From Candidatus Krumholzibacteriia bacterium (GTDB taxonomy: Bacteria; Krumholzibacteriota; Krumholzibacteriia; WVZY01): a stretch of DNA of 28,646 nucleotides. The notes below the pieces were generated by a model. It was not told the origin of the DNA. It saw only the letters and a list, made by a program, of their open reading frames with translations, and ran no database searches. Every line of letters begins with the position of its first letter. The first letter of the stretch is position 1. Where the stretch lies: contig JBHHVD010000039.1 of NCBI GenBank assembly GCA_046754105.1, positions 1-28,646 on the forward strand, written 5' to 3'. The position numbers and the translations under genes were made by a program. This document shows, one piece after another, positions 1 through 8,612 of this stretch.

Positions 1-9
1 ATTGAAAGC

Positions 10-174
10 CTAGACGATCTCGACCAGCTCGATATCGAACGTGAGGTCTTCGCCCGCCAGCGGGTGGTTTCCGGTAAGCGGGTCCTGTCCCTTCGAGGTA
101 TCAAACTGCGTTCCGTCGCCGCGTTTTCCCGTGTAACTCACGCGTACTGTGTCTCCGCTTTTCGCCTGTGCCAA
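10..174 (-). pseudogene. FKBP-type (SlyD-like) peptidyl-prolyl isomerase with a large in-frame internal deletion (54 aa)
   Basis: TTG start at 174 after AGGAAGG. The N-terminal AQAKSGDTVRVSYTGK..DGTQFDTS.GQDPL is fused directly to the C-terminal NHPLAGEDLTFDIELVEIV; the usual middle of the protein is absent. Confidence 0.75.
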
Positions 175-211
175 GAACACCACCTTCCTCACGAGTTGGA
201 GTGTTGGCGAA

Positions 212-943
212 TCACATCTTCGAGTAGACATAGAATCTACTTTCTCGTTTTTCCCGCAGTCGAAATCCGCACTCCGCCATCAACGCTGCGACTACGCCTT
301 TCTTATAGAAACCCAGGTGAAGTGTTTCCTCTGCGAGAATCCGTCCATTGTCCCTGAACGAGTAGTGCTTCTCCATACAAGAGTACTCGGGCGTTTCATC
401 GATCGTTCTAACCTTTTGAGTATAGACAATCCCACCGGGAAGCGGTCGTCGCTGGTCTTTGTGCGGCTCCTGTACACTCAAGAGAAGTTGGCCTCCTGGG
501 CGAAGGTGCCGGGCCACGTTCTTGAGCCTCTGTGTCTCGTGCGCAAGGTCTATGTCGTGGGTTCCCAGACTAAATCCGTTTCCGTCCTCGATAATTACCC
601 ATACTCCGCCGCTTGACACCGCGACATCGAACTTCTGATCGAGTTGCATATGGATGACGTCGCCTTCGATCAACGTAGCGTGTTCGCCCAGTCGATCGCG
701 CGCCAGCGCCAGCATGGATGGCGTAATATCCACGCCCGTTATTTCGTAACTTGGATCAGTATCCAGCAACGCGGCCGCGAACAGGCCCGTGCCGACCCCA
801 AGTTCGAGGATCTTCCTGTTCGCGCCTATAATTGATTTCACCACGTTCGCCATCCCGGCATGATCGTAGTAGCCCGATTTCATCAGTCGATCGTAGTACT
901 CGGTAATACCGGTGTATTGACTTTGTTGATCTGTCTTATCCAT
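212..943 (-). CDS. Class I SAM-dependent methyltransferase
   Basis: Motif I ILELGVGTG, acidic motif II GVDITPSML, EGDV and HLRPGG; 14 bp downstream of mpgP. Confidence 0.9.
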   Translation of the reverse strand: MDKTDQQSQYTGITEYYDRLMKSGYYDHAGMANVVKSIIGANRKILELGVGTGLFAAALLDTDPSYEITGVDITPSMLALARDRLGEHATLIEGDVIHMQLDQKFDVAVSSGGVWVIIEDGNGFSLGTHDIDLAHETQRLKNVARHLRPGGQLLLSVQEPHKDQRRPLPGGIVYTQKVRTIDETPEYSCMEKHYSFRDNGRILAEETLHLGFYKKGVVAALMAECGFRLREKRESRFYVYSKM

Positions 944-957
944 TTGCTAGGCCTTTC

Positions 958-1791
958 TTATTTCGCCTGGTTCGTGAGGTAGTCCATCACGAACCGGTTC
1001 CATCCCTCCGGTCCCACGCCCTCCACACGGACCAGGTTTGGCGTGCCAATCGCTTCCCACGCATCAGGTCCTTTCTGCACGAGCGCCGGCACGTCGACGG
1101 CGGATAACATTGACAGGTCGTTATGGCTGTCCCCGATGCCGACAACCCGCACCGCCCCGAACTCGCGGCCGTACAACGCCGCCAGGACCTCCACGGCCGT
1201 CCCCTTGTCGTGCTGTCCTGAGACCGCGAGAAAACGTCCGCCTTTGGTAAGCCGAAGGCCATGGTGGGCAAACGCATTTGTGAGCGTTTCCAGCTCGTCT
1301 GGTTTGTGCACGGATACGATGGTTTCCTGGTACTCGCGCTTCATCGCCAGCTCTGCGGACTGACGATCCAGGCCCGTCAATTCGGCCACCTCCGCCGGGA
1401 CCATGTCTCCGTACCCTTTGAGCCGAATACCCGTGTCGGATCGAATAGCATCGACCGCCTGCCGGATGACTTCGTAAGGGGTCCCGAACTCAATGACGTG
1501 GAAGTCGTCCGTGCTGTGATGAAACGTAAAATCGACCTTGAAATAGCCCCGCTCCACAAGGATGGCCCCCCCGTCCTCAACGATGAACGGGTCGCGCACG
1601 CCGAGCATGCGGCGATGAGAAACCTGCTCGGCTCGAGTCTTGGAGCTGCAAAACACCACCGGAATACGGCGATGCTGGATGGCAAAGAGGGCGGTTCTGG
1701 CCTTGTGGTACGAATACGTGTCTTTGTCGAGCAACGTGCCATCCAGATCGGTGACGATGACAATGCGTTGTGTCTCATGCGTTGTGTTCAT
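958..1791 (-). CDS. mpgP: Mannosyl-3-phosphoglycerate phosphatase (HAD IIB, MpgP/YedP family)
   Basis: TDLDGTLLD, CSSKT, PFIVEDG, LAMKREY, GGRF, DKG and GDSHNDLSML motifs; same operon as mpgS. Confidence 0.9.
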   Translation of the reverse strand: MNTTHETQRIVIVTDLDGTLLDKDTYSYHKARTALFAIQHRRIPVVFCSSKTRAEQVSHRRMLGVRDPFIVEDGGAILVERGYFKVDFTFHHSTDDFHVIEFGTPYEVIRQAVDAIRSDTGIRLKGYGDMVPAEVAELTGLDRQSAELAMKREYQETIVSVHKPDELETLTNAFAHHGLRLTKGGRFLAVSGQHDKGTAVEVLAALYGREFGAVRVVGIGDSHNDLSMLSAVDVPALVQKGPDAWEAIGTPNLVRVEGVGPEGWNRFVMDYLTNQAK

Positions 1792-1797
1792 GTTGAC

Positions 1798-3426
1798 TCA
1801 TCCCATCTGCTGAAGACCGTATGCCACCACTATAATGAGGAGCGTATAGCCGAACACCGATGTTCGACCGCGTACCGCCTCGAGCGCTCCCAGTCCGGGA
1901 CGAAACATATCCTCCAGCGACCGCCATCCTTCGGGCGCACGCAGGACCTGCAACCCGATGGACGACACAGTAGCCACCGCGAATCCAACAAAGTTCCACC
2001 ACAACCACGACACGTCCGTGGTTTGCCAAAGAACGACGTTTACCGCGATGCCCAGGACAATGCCAATTTTCATTGCCCCCCCGGACACAAGGCGTGTCGC
2101 TACACCGACCAGGAAAGCGGCGAGGATGGGGCCGTACAGCAGGCTCCCCACTGCGTTGATCAGGACAATAGTCGTCTGACGCGCCGCCTCGGCGCTGTTG
2201 GCAAAAACGAGTGCGGCCAAAACACAGAACCCACCCCAGAACACCGTCAGTAGTTTGGAGACAATCATGTAGTGTCTCTCCGTCGCATCCCGCCTGGCAT
2301 ACCGGCGGTAAAAGTCCTGCATCGTCGCGGCGGAGAGTGAGTTGATAGCCGAGTCCAGGCTCGACATCAGCGCCGACATGATTGCCACAAAAACCAATCC
2401 CACAACACCTGCCGGTAGGAATGTCAGAATGAACATCGGCACCATTCGGTCGGGATTGTCTTGCAGTGTGCTGGATAACAAGTCGATGTCCATTCCGAAG
2501 CGCCACGCCACGTGCGACATCTGCTCGGGCATCGTGAAAACGGCGCCGACGAGCACTCCCATCACGCAATAGAACAACACCACCGGAAAGCGGCCAAACG
2601 CGTTGAACAACAACGATCGTTTCACATCGGACAGCTTTGCGACCGAGAGTTCGCGTTGGACCTGGCTTTGATCACAGCCATAGTACGAGGCGTACAGAAA
2701 AATGCCGCCGATCGTCATCGGCCAGAACCCGTATTCTCCGCCGCTCGTCAACCCCCAACGCCCAAAATCGAGGATCCGCCATCGCTCCGGTCCCAACGCA
2801 TCCACGGCGGCGGCCCAACCCACGAGCTTGAGCGCCGTCACCCCACAAACGCCGATGCCCAGCATAATGATCAGCATCTGCGCCACATCGCTGACCAGCA
2901 CGACGCGCATGCCGCCCAGGGCATCGTAGACGATGGTCACGACGCCAATTAAGAGGATGGCGCTGGTTGTGGACAGGGGCAGAGCCGTCGAGAGAATCAG
3001 CCCGCCGGCGAGAACCGATACCGCAGTTGCCAGCCCCCTGCCCAGTTGAAAAAGCAGGCTGACCAGACTACGGGTCCCCGCATCAAAGCGCTCTTCGAGG
3101 TACTCGTAGATGCTGATGTGATTGCCGCGATGCAGCCGTGGAATAATCCAGATGAGTACCAGGAGGATCCCCAGCGGAACGCCGAACTCGTAGCACAGCC
3201 ATTTGAGTCCGCCGTTCGGTTTCAGCGCAACGAATGCCGGTGCGGAGACAAAGCTGATGGCGCCCAGTTGTGTGGCCATGGTCGACATCCCCGACTGCCA
3301 CCACGGCACGCGACGACCTGCGAGATAGTAGTCCCACAGGCTGCGCTGCCGACGCGCTTGAACAGCCGCGAAGGCAACCAGACCGAAGAGATATACACCG
3401 ATCACCGTCCAATCCAGATTCGTCAT
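1798..3426 (-). CDS. Sodium:solute symporter (SSS/SLC5 family)
   Basis: DYYLAGR, SIYEYLEERF, GGMRVV..SDVAQ, DQSQVQR and MSSLDSAINSLS motifs; many hydrophobic segments. Confidence 0.92.
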   Translation of the reverse strand: MTNLDWTVIGVYLFGLVAFAAVQARRQRSLWDYYLAGRRVPWWQSGMSTMATQLGAISFVSAPAFVALKPNGGLKWLCYEFGVPLGILLVLIWIIPRLHRGNHISIYEYLEERFDAGTRSLVSLLFQLGRGLATAVSVLAGGLILSTALPLSTTSAILLIGVVTIVYDALGGMRVVLVSDVAQMLIIMLGIGVCGVTALKLVGWAAAVDALGPERWRILDFGRWGLTSGGEYGFWPMTIGGIFLYASYYGCDQSQVQRELSVAKLSDVKRSLLFNAFGRFPVVLFYCVMGVLVGAVFTMPEQMSHVAWRFGMDIDLLSSTLQDNPDRMVPMFILTFLPAGVVGLVFVAIMSALMSSLDSAINSLSAATMQDFYRRYARRDATERHYMIVSKLLTVFWGGFCVLAALVFANSAEAARQTTIVLINAVGSLLYGPILAAFLVGVATRLVSGGAMKIGIVLGIAVNVVLWQTTDVSWLWWNFVGFAVATVSSIGLQVLRAPEGWRSLEDMFRPGLGALEAVRGRTSVFGYTLLIIVVAYGLQQMG

Positions 3427-3441
3427 ATTCCAGCTTGGGCA

Positions 3442-4674
3442 TCAGCTCACTTTGAGTTCTTGCTGACGCTTGGTTGCCATCCCTTCGATCAGCACCTTGC
3501 CATACGGCGTCGACTCCACCTCTCTCAGAAAGCGATCAAGATCGATCCGTGATAACGCCGGGAAGTATCGGGGCCGGTCGAGATCGGGCGTTCGCGGCTC
3601 GACGTATCCCCTTCGCACTGCATCCTTTCTGATCTGCTTCTTGAGCGCATCCGGGCATATCGCCGAGTGGTAAATAACCTGCATCGCCAGGTAGCGCATC
3701 TTGTCGATGTGACTTTCGTCCCCCGCTTCGTGCAGGTGTGGGTTGCGCGACTCGATCTGGTACACCTCGATCCGCTCCTTCATGAGTTCCGGCACCGGGC
3801 TCTCGCCGATACCGCCAAACTTCTCCAGAATATTCACGATGTGATACGGCTCGATCGAGTACCCCGCTGAATAATCGAGGTTCATGGCGAGATCCATCGA
3901 CAGCGCGTGTTCGCCGGCGTTGCCGGTCTTGATGATCTCGGTCTCGAAACCGGTATAGTGCGCCATCACCTGGTTGAGCAGCTGATTCGTATTTGCCGAT
4001 GTGCGTCCCCACTTCCGAAAGAAGAGCTTGGACTCAACGATCTTCGGCTTGCTGTGCCAGGCAATCCGCACCATGCTGTAGTCCGACTGTGCAATTGAAA
4101 AACCCGCCGCATACTCACGCACGTACTCCTCAACCGCTCCCGGGAAATAGTTGTCTGCGTCGACAAACCCGATGTATTTCTTGCCGGCCAGTCGAGCCAA
4201 CATGGTCGCGATCAGCATCCCTTCGGCCTTCCCATCGTACACGGCACCCCTCTTGTTCAAGATGGCGTCGTAGCCGGTTCTCTTGAAGGCTCGCGCCAGA
4301 TCCGGATCCTTCTGGTGCACAATCACCGCGCGTTTCCCAACGAACTGACAGAAATCATTCAGCGCGTCGACCTCCATGATGAAACGATCCACGGGACGAC
4401 GCGGGCTGTTCGATACGACAATAATGAGGCACTCGTGCGGTACGCCGCACAGGACGCCCTCGACCAGTTTCAGCCGCTCGCTGCGAACCGGTATCACGAC
4501 CGCCATGTCTCGGTACACCTTCTGAAGCTCGCGGTACGGTACGGCCTGGATCGCGTGCGTGGCATGGGGCAGCAACGTGTCACCCCCGCCGCAATCGAGC
4601 TCGAAGACCTTCTGCAGGTCTCCAAAGCGAACGGCACCAAACCGCTCCACATTCTTGGGTAATTCGAGTCTCAT
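3442..4674 (-). CDS. mpgS: Mannosyl-3-phosphoglycerate synthase (GT55)
   Basis: MRLELPKNVERFGAV, GKAEGM, GFVDADNYFPGAV.EY, YSMVRI.W..KPK, TGNAGEHA and IESRNPHLH motifs; its ATG overlaps the upstream TAA (TAATG). Confidence 0.95.
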   Translation of the reverse strand: MRLELPKNVERFGAVRFGDLQKVFELDCGGGDTLLPHATHAIQAVPYRELQKVYRDMAVVIPVRSERLKLVEGVLCGVPHECLIIVVSNSPRRPVDRFIMEVDALNDFCQFVGKRAVIVHQKDPDLARAFKRTGYDAILNKRGAVYDGKAEGMLIATMLARLAGKKYIGFVDADNYFPGAVEEYVREYAAGFSIAQSDYSMVRIAWHSKPKIVESKLFFRKWGRTSANTNQLLNQVMAHYTGFETEIIKTGNAGEHALSMDLAMNLDYSAGYSIEPYHIVNILEKFGGIGESPVPELMKERIEVYQIESRNPHLHEAGDESHIDKMRYLAMQVIYHSAICPDALKKQIRKDAVRRGYVEPRTPDLDRPRYFPALSRIDLDRFLREVESTPYGKVLIEGMATKRQQELKVS

Positions 4675-6395
4675 TACTGTTCACCTCCTTTTCCGGCTCC
4701 AAGCGCAGCGAGCTTTTTTTGCGTGTCGTGCAGTTGCTGCTTTGCAGCCCCGGTCATCAGACCAACCTGCGCCGCTTGTGTATCCAGGTAATACTGTACG
4801 TGGGACATGGGCTCCCACAGCTCTTCATCGCCGTAGCGGTAACCGTAGCGCGACGAGCTTCCCAATTTCTCCGTAACCGACGCATCGGGATCGTATCCAA
4901 CAGATTCGAGCAGCTTGGGCGAGTAGCCACGTTTGACCGCGAGCTCTTCGAACACGTCGTGAACGTTCGCGCCGTGTTGTGCGGCTTCTTTGGCTCGGAA
5001 GGCAATGTCCTCGGGAACTCCGAGAACGACGCCCAGCGCTCGATGGATGCGTTTGGCGAGTGGGTCTTCGCCCTTCCGGATTTTGTGTTGGGGTGCGACA
5101 CGGAAGGCAAATCGGATCACCTCCGGATCGAGGTACGGCACTCTGAGCTCGATGCTGTGAGCCATGGCGATCTTGTCCTCGCGCTCGAGACATTCCTTGT
5201 AGAGCAGAAACGTGTCTTCCCATGAGCGCTCGAGAAAACTGTCATAACCTTCCCGGTCGACGATGGTCGAGTACCACGGGTAGCCGCCGAACAGCTCGTC
5301 GGCGCCCTGTCCGGTCAGTACGACCCGCTCGCCCGCTTCTTGCGCCATTCGAATTGCGGCAAACACGGGAATTGCCACCTCGACTTGATTCAGACTATGA
5401 TCCTCGATCGTCTGAATAACATCCGGAACAATGTCCCCGATGTCGCGCCTGGAAAGCGTTTTGACCTCGAGGGGAAAATCGTGTTCGGCGGCGGTTTTCC
5501 TGGCCCATTCGATGTCGGAGGATCCCTCGTTTCTCCCCGCCACGTAGCACGTGAAAGGCACCCCGAGTTTCTGTACCAGAAACGCAATCAGAAAACTGTC
5601 GATCCCGCCGGAGTAGATGATACCGACGTGGTCACGGTCGTGCACCCGTTTGCGTACGGCCTCTTTGAGCACGCGGCCGTACTCCTGGACCGCCTGGTTG
5701 GGATCACTAATGAGCTCCGGCGACTTCAACCGGTCGGGGCGCCAGAACGTGTGCGACTGGCGGCGGCCCTGCTCGATAACCATCATGCGTCCCGGAGGGA
5801 GTCTGTGGATGTGGGCACCGGCCCCGAGCAGGGCCAGCAGAGGCTTCTTTTCGGAAGCAAATGCGGTGAGTCCGCGGGCAAAACCGTAATAAAGCTGTCG
5901 CACCCCGATGCGGTCCCGTGCAATCACCGTCGTTTTTCCGTCCGTCACCGCAAGAGCGTAAACGCCGTCCAGGTGCGGCAACAGTTTCTCCATCGCGCTT
6001 TCGAGATCGCCACGATATGTATGCTCGAGCAGACGGCATAGCGCTTCGCTATCGCTGCCCGACTCGAGCTCTTCTCGTCCCATCACGCTCCGGAAGAGCT
6101 CCCGGAAGTTGTAGATCTCTCCGTTATGCAGGAGGCTCAGGCGCCCGTCGGATGACTGAAATGGTTGAACCCCTCCGGCATCTCCCGTGATGGCCAGCCG
6201 AACGTGACCGAGCCCTACAGTGCCTTTCTTGTTGGTGAAATCGATATCGTCGAGCGATGTCTCTCGCTGGCATTCGTTGTCGATAACGAGGCCTGCACCG
6301 TCCGGGCCCCGGTGCTGTTGTGACTCGAGCATTTTCCGCAACAGCGGTCCGAGCTCCCGTTCCATGTCACAGGCCACGCCTGCAATGCCACACAT
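4674..6395 (-). CDS. Asparagine-synthase-like glutamine-dependent amidotransferase (AsnB family)
   Basis: N-terminal MCGI nucleophile, HRGPD, GHVRLAI, HNGEIYN, SDSE, PP-loop SGGIDS, LTGQGADELFGGY and ELRVPYLD. Confidence 0.93.
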   Translation of the reverse strand: MCGIAGVACDMERELGPLLRKMLESQQHRGPDGAGLVIDNECQRETSLDDIDFTNKKGTVGLGHVRLAITGDAGGVQPFQSSDGRLSLLHNGEIYNFRELFRSVMGREELESGSDSEALCRLLEHTYRGDLESAMEKLLPHLDGVYALAVTDGKTTVIARDRIGVRQLYYGFARGLTAFASEKKPLLALLGAGAHIHRLPPGRMMVIEQGRRQSHTFWRPDRLKSPELISDPNQAVQEYGRVLKEAVRKRVHDRDHVGIIYSGGIDSFLIAFLVQKLGVPFTCYVAGRNEGSSDIEWARKTAAEHDFPLEVKTLSRRDIGDIVPDVIQTIEDHSLNQVEVAIPVFAAIRMAQEAGERVVLTGQGADELFGGYPWYSTIVDREGYDSFLERSWEDTFLLYKECLEREDKIAMAHSIELRVPYLDPEVIRFAFRVAPQHKIRKGEDPLAKRIHRALGVVLGVPEDIAFRAKEAAQHGANVHDVFEELAVKRGYSPKLLESVGYDPDASVTEKLGSSSRYGYRYGDEELWEPMSHVQYYLDTQAAQVGLMTGAAKQQLHDTQKKLAALGAGKGGEQ

Positions 6396-6397
6396 GG

Positions 6398-7030
6398 CTA
6401 ATCAACTCCCTTGTATTCTGTGGACGTTCCCTGTTTGTCATCGTCGCTCTCCGTGGCAGGATCCGAAGGAGTGCCGGTGGCCAACGACGGGCCGGTGTCG
6501 AGCATCGGTGCCGCGTCGAGAGCCTCGACCTCCATGAGGTCGACGATGCGCTGGAGCGACAAGGCAATGGTTGCCTGTTCGATCTCCGGTAGCTCTTTTA
6601 GCGCACCCGCCAGACCTTCCTGCAGCGGCGAAGGCGCATGCTGCACGAGTGCTCTGCCTGTGGCAGTCGCGGTTACGTTCACCAGGCGGCGGTCGCGCGT
6701 GTCACGCGCGCGCAGGACCAGCCCTTTGCCTTCCAAACGGTCCAGAATCCCCACTACCGTACTCGGGCTCAGGAAAACCTTCTCGGCGATCGCCTTCAGT
6801 GTGAGTGGCCCGTCTTGTGCAACGGTAATGAGGCAGATCAACTGCGGTGCGGTAATATCATGGGTTCCAACGAGCTTTCTCGAGTGGATGTCCACGCCGC
6901 GTATGATCTTTCGCAGTGCCTGCAGGATCTTGAGGTCGAATCGCTCGGTCGGGATCCTTGGCGTGATAACGTCGCCCTCTGGCGAAACGGCTTCATCCGG
7001 GAGGGGCTGTTTGTCTGAATCCTTTGCCAT
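6398..7030 (-). CDS. MarR-family regulator, CosR/EctR-like (compatible-solute repressor type)
   Basis: LRKIIRGVDIHSRKL...ITAPQL, STVVGILDRLEGKGLV.R.RD..DRR and C-terminal APSPLQ...EQ....SLQRIVDLM...LDAAPML, which resemble CosR/EctR as recalled. Confidence 0.85.
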   Translation of the reverse strand: MAKDSDKQPLPDEAVSPEGDVITPRIPTERFDLKILQALRKIIRGVDIHSRKLVGTHDITAPQLICLITVAQDGPLTLKAIAEKVFLSPSTVVGILDRLEGKGLVLRARDTRDRRLVNVTATATGRALVQHAPSPLQEGLAGALKELPEIEQATIALSLQRIVDLMEVEALDAAPMLDTGPSLATGTPSDPATESDDDKQGTSTEYKGVD

Positions 7031-7069
7031 TACTGCATTTCCCTTCGCTCAGCAATCATATCTACAAAA

Positions 7070-7089
7070 ATCATTTGTATACGAATGAT
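7070..7089. promoter_or_regulatory. Near-perfect 20-bp palindrome, putative MarR operator
   Basis: ATCATTTGTATACGAATGAT (one mismatched pair), just downstream of the predicted minus-strand promoter. Confidence 0.7.
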
Positions 7090-7098
7090 CTTTATGCG

Positions 7099-7127
7099 AA
7101 TCTAACAGGAGGCATGCACCCCGTCAA
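7099..7127 (-). promoter_or_regulatory. Sigma70-type promoter of the marR-asnB-mpgS operon
   Basis: Minus strand TTGACG (7127-7122), 17-nt spacer, TAGATT (7104-7099) with an extended -10 TG. Confidence 0.7.
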
Positions 7128-7135
7128 CCTTTAAT

Positions 7136-7152
7136 TCATTTTGTGCAAATGA
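7136..7152. promoter_or_regulatory. Second operator-like inverted repeat
   Basis: TCATTT-TGTGC-AAATGA; same half-site as 7070-7089 with a spacer 1 nt shorter. Confidence 0.5.
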
Positions 7153-7235
7153 GATGTAACCAATTGTTTCATAAGAAGGTACGCGAGTTCCGTTCGGATT
7201 CCAGCGAGCCGAGTGAAAGTGAGGTATAGCGCATT

Positions 7236-8591
7236 ATGTGTGATATAATGATCGCACTCGCGGACGCCACGCCGCACCGGCGTGTTGTTTTTGGCAAGAA
7301 CAGCGACCGGCCCGCCGGCGAATGCCAGGTGCTCTACGATTCCATCGGCGAAAAAAGAACCGCTGCCGGCGTGGTTCAGTGCGCCTTTGTCGAAGTGCCG
7401 GAGGGCCCGACTCCTCTACGGACGATCGGATGCCGCCCGTATTGGTGCTGGGGATACGAGACCGGGATGAACGAAGCCGGCGTCGTGGGCGGCAATACGG
7501 CCGTGTACACGCGGTCGTTCTGGCAGGCCGAAAACCAGCAGCAGTATGGGCTGACTGGCATGGAGCTCCTCCGTCTCGGACTGGAGCGCGGCAGTACGGC
7601 CGACGACGTTGTCGCAGTCATTGCCGACCTTCTCGGGCGGTACGGGCAGTGGGCGCCGGCCGTCCTGGGCAAGGAGCCGCCAGAGGGTTGCTACGAGAAT
7701 GCCTTCCTCATTGCTGACAAAGAGGAAGCCTGGATCCTCGAAACCGCCGGCAGGCGCTGGGCCGCCCGTCGATTGACCAGTGGAGCCCACGCATTGTCCA
7801 ATCAGCTGACCATTCGAAACCAGTGGACGACGGGTAGCGACGATTTACTCGGCTACGCTCAGAGCCAAGCCTGGTGGAGCGTGGCAGACGGTCCGCTCGA
7901 TTTTGCCCTGGCCTACAGCGACCACGAGCACTACGCGCGCCAGGTATCGCATATCCGGTGGAGCCGGGCGAGCCAACTGCTCGCTGGATCCTCGGGCCGG
8001 ATCGACGCCGATGGGATGATGGCCTGTCTCCGCGACCACTATGAGGGAACCTTTTTGCAGGGACCTCAATTCAGCGAGTACCTTCCCGATTTTCTCACGT
8101 TGTGTATGCACGACTCCCCGGCTGCGTTCACGTGGGGAAATACCGCGACATCGGTCGTCGTCGAAATCGATCCGGACTCCCCTGCCGCCAGCCCGTTCTG
8201 GTGTTGCTATCAACCTCCTTGTGCAGGCGTGTATCTTGCTTACACGATCGAGGGCGGGCTACCCGCCCCGGTCTCGATGGCGGGTACTGCCGGCCTTCGT
8301 TCGGAGTCACCGTTGACCGCGCCGAAGGATGCTTTTCAAGGCGGCTCCCTATGGTGGCGCATGTACCGGATTGTCGAGGCCATCTCGAGATCTCCCGTCA
8401 AGCGTCGGGAAACCGCTCGGCCACTATTCGACCCCATTGAGCGGAAGTACTTCGAGCGCGTTCGGTCTCTACGAAGCGAGGCGGTGACAGATCGTTCCGC
8501 GCAAATGCGCCGGTGCACCGAAGAACAACTGTCCGAGGTCGAAGCGGTGTTGGATCGGCTGGAACGTGAATGGGGTCTCGAGGGCAACTGA
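7236..8591 (+). CDS. Peptidase C69 / secernin-like Ntn hydrolase
   Basis: N-terminal MCD (Cys nucleophile), FGKNSDRP..ECQ, WCWGYETGMNEAGV..GN, GLTGMELLRLGLERG and FLIAD..EAWILETAG. Confidence 0.88.
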   Translation: MCDIMIALADATPHRRVVFGKNSDRPAGECQVLYDSIGEKRTAAGVVQCAFVEVPEGPTPLRTIGCRPYWCWGYETGMNEAGVVGGNTAVYTRSFWQAENQQQYGLTGMELLRLGLERGSTADDVVAVIADLLGRYGQWAPAVLGKEPPEGCYENAFLIADKEEAWILETAGRRWAARRLTSGAHALSNQLTIRNQWTTGSDDLLGYAQSQAWWSVADGPLDFALAYSDHEHYARQVSHIRWSRASQLLAGSSGRIDADGMMACLRDHYEGTFLQGPQFSEYLPDFLTLCMHDSPAAFTWGNTATSVVVEIDPDSPAASPFWCCYQPPCAGVYLAYTIEGGLPAPVSMAGTAGLRSESPLTAPKDAFQGGSLWWRMYRIVEAISRSPVKRRETARPLFDPIERKYFERVRSLRSEAVTDRSAQMRRCTEEQLSEVEAVLDRLEREWGLEGN

Positions 8592-8612
8592 CAACGTCGC
8601 AGGCATACGGCA

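Noticed and set aside
1261..2253. Long antisense ORFs (also 14512-15477, 16546-17502, 27226-27981 and others)
   Set aside because: They are shadows of well-supported genes in GC-rich DNA, with no motifs or RBS.
4674..6395. Ordinary housekeeping asparagine synthetase asnB
   Set aside because: Not excluded, but the coupling to mpgS under a CosR-like regulator argues for another substrate, so no gene symbol was given.
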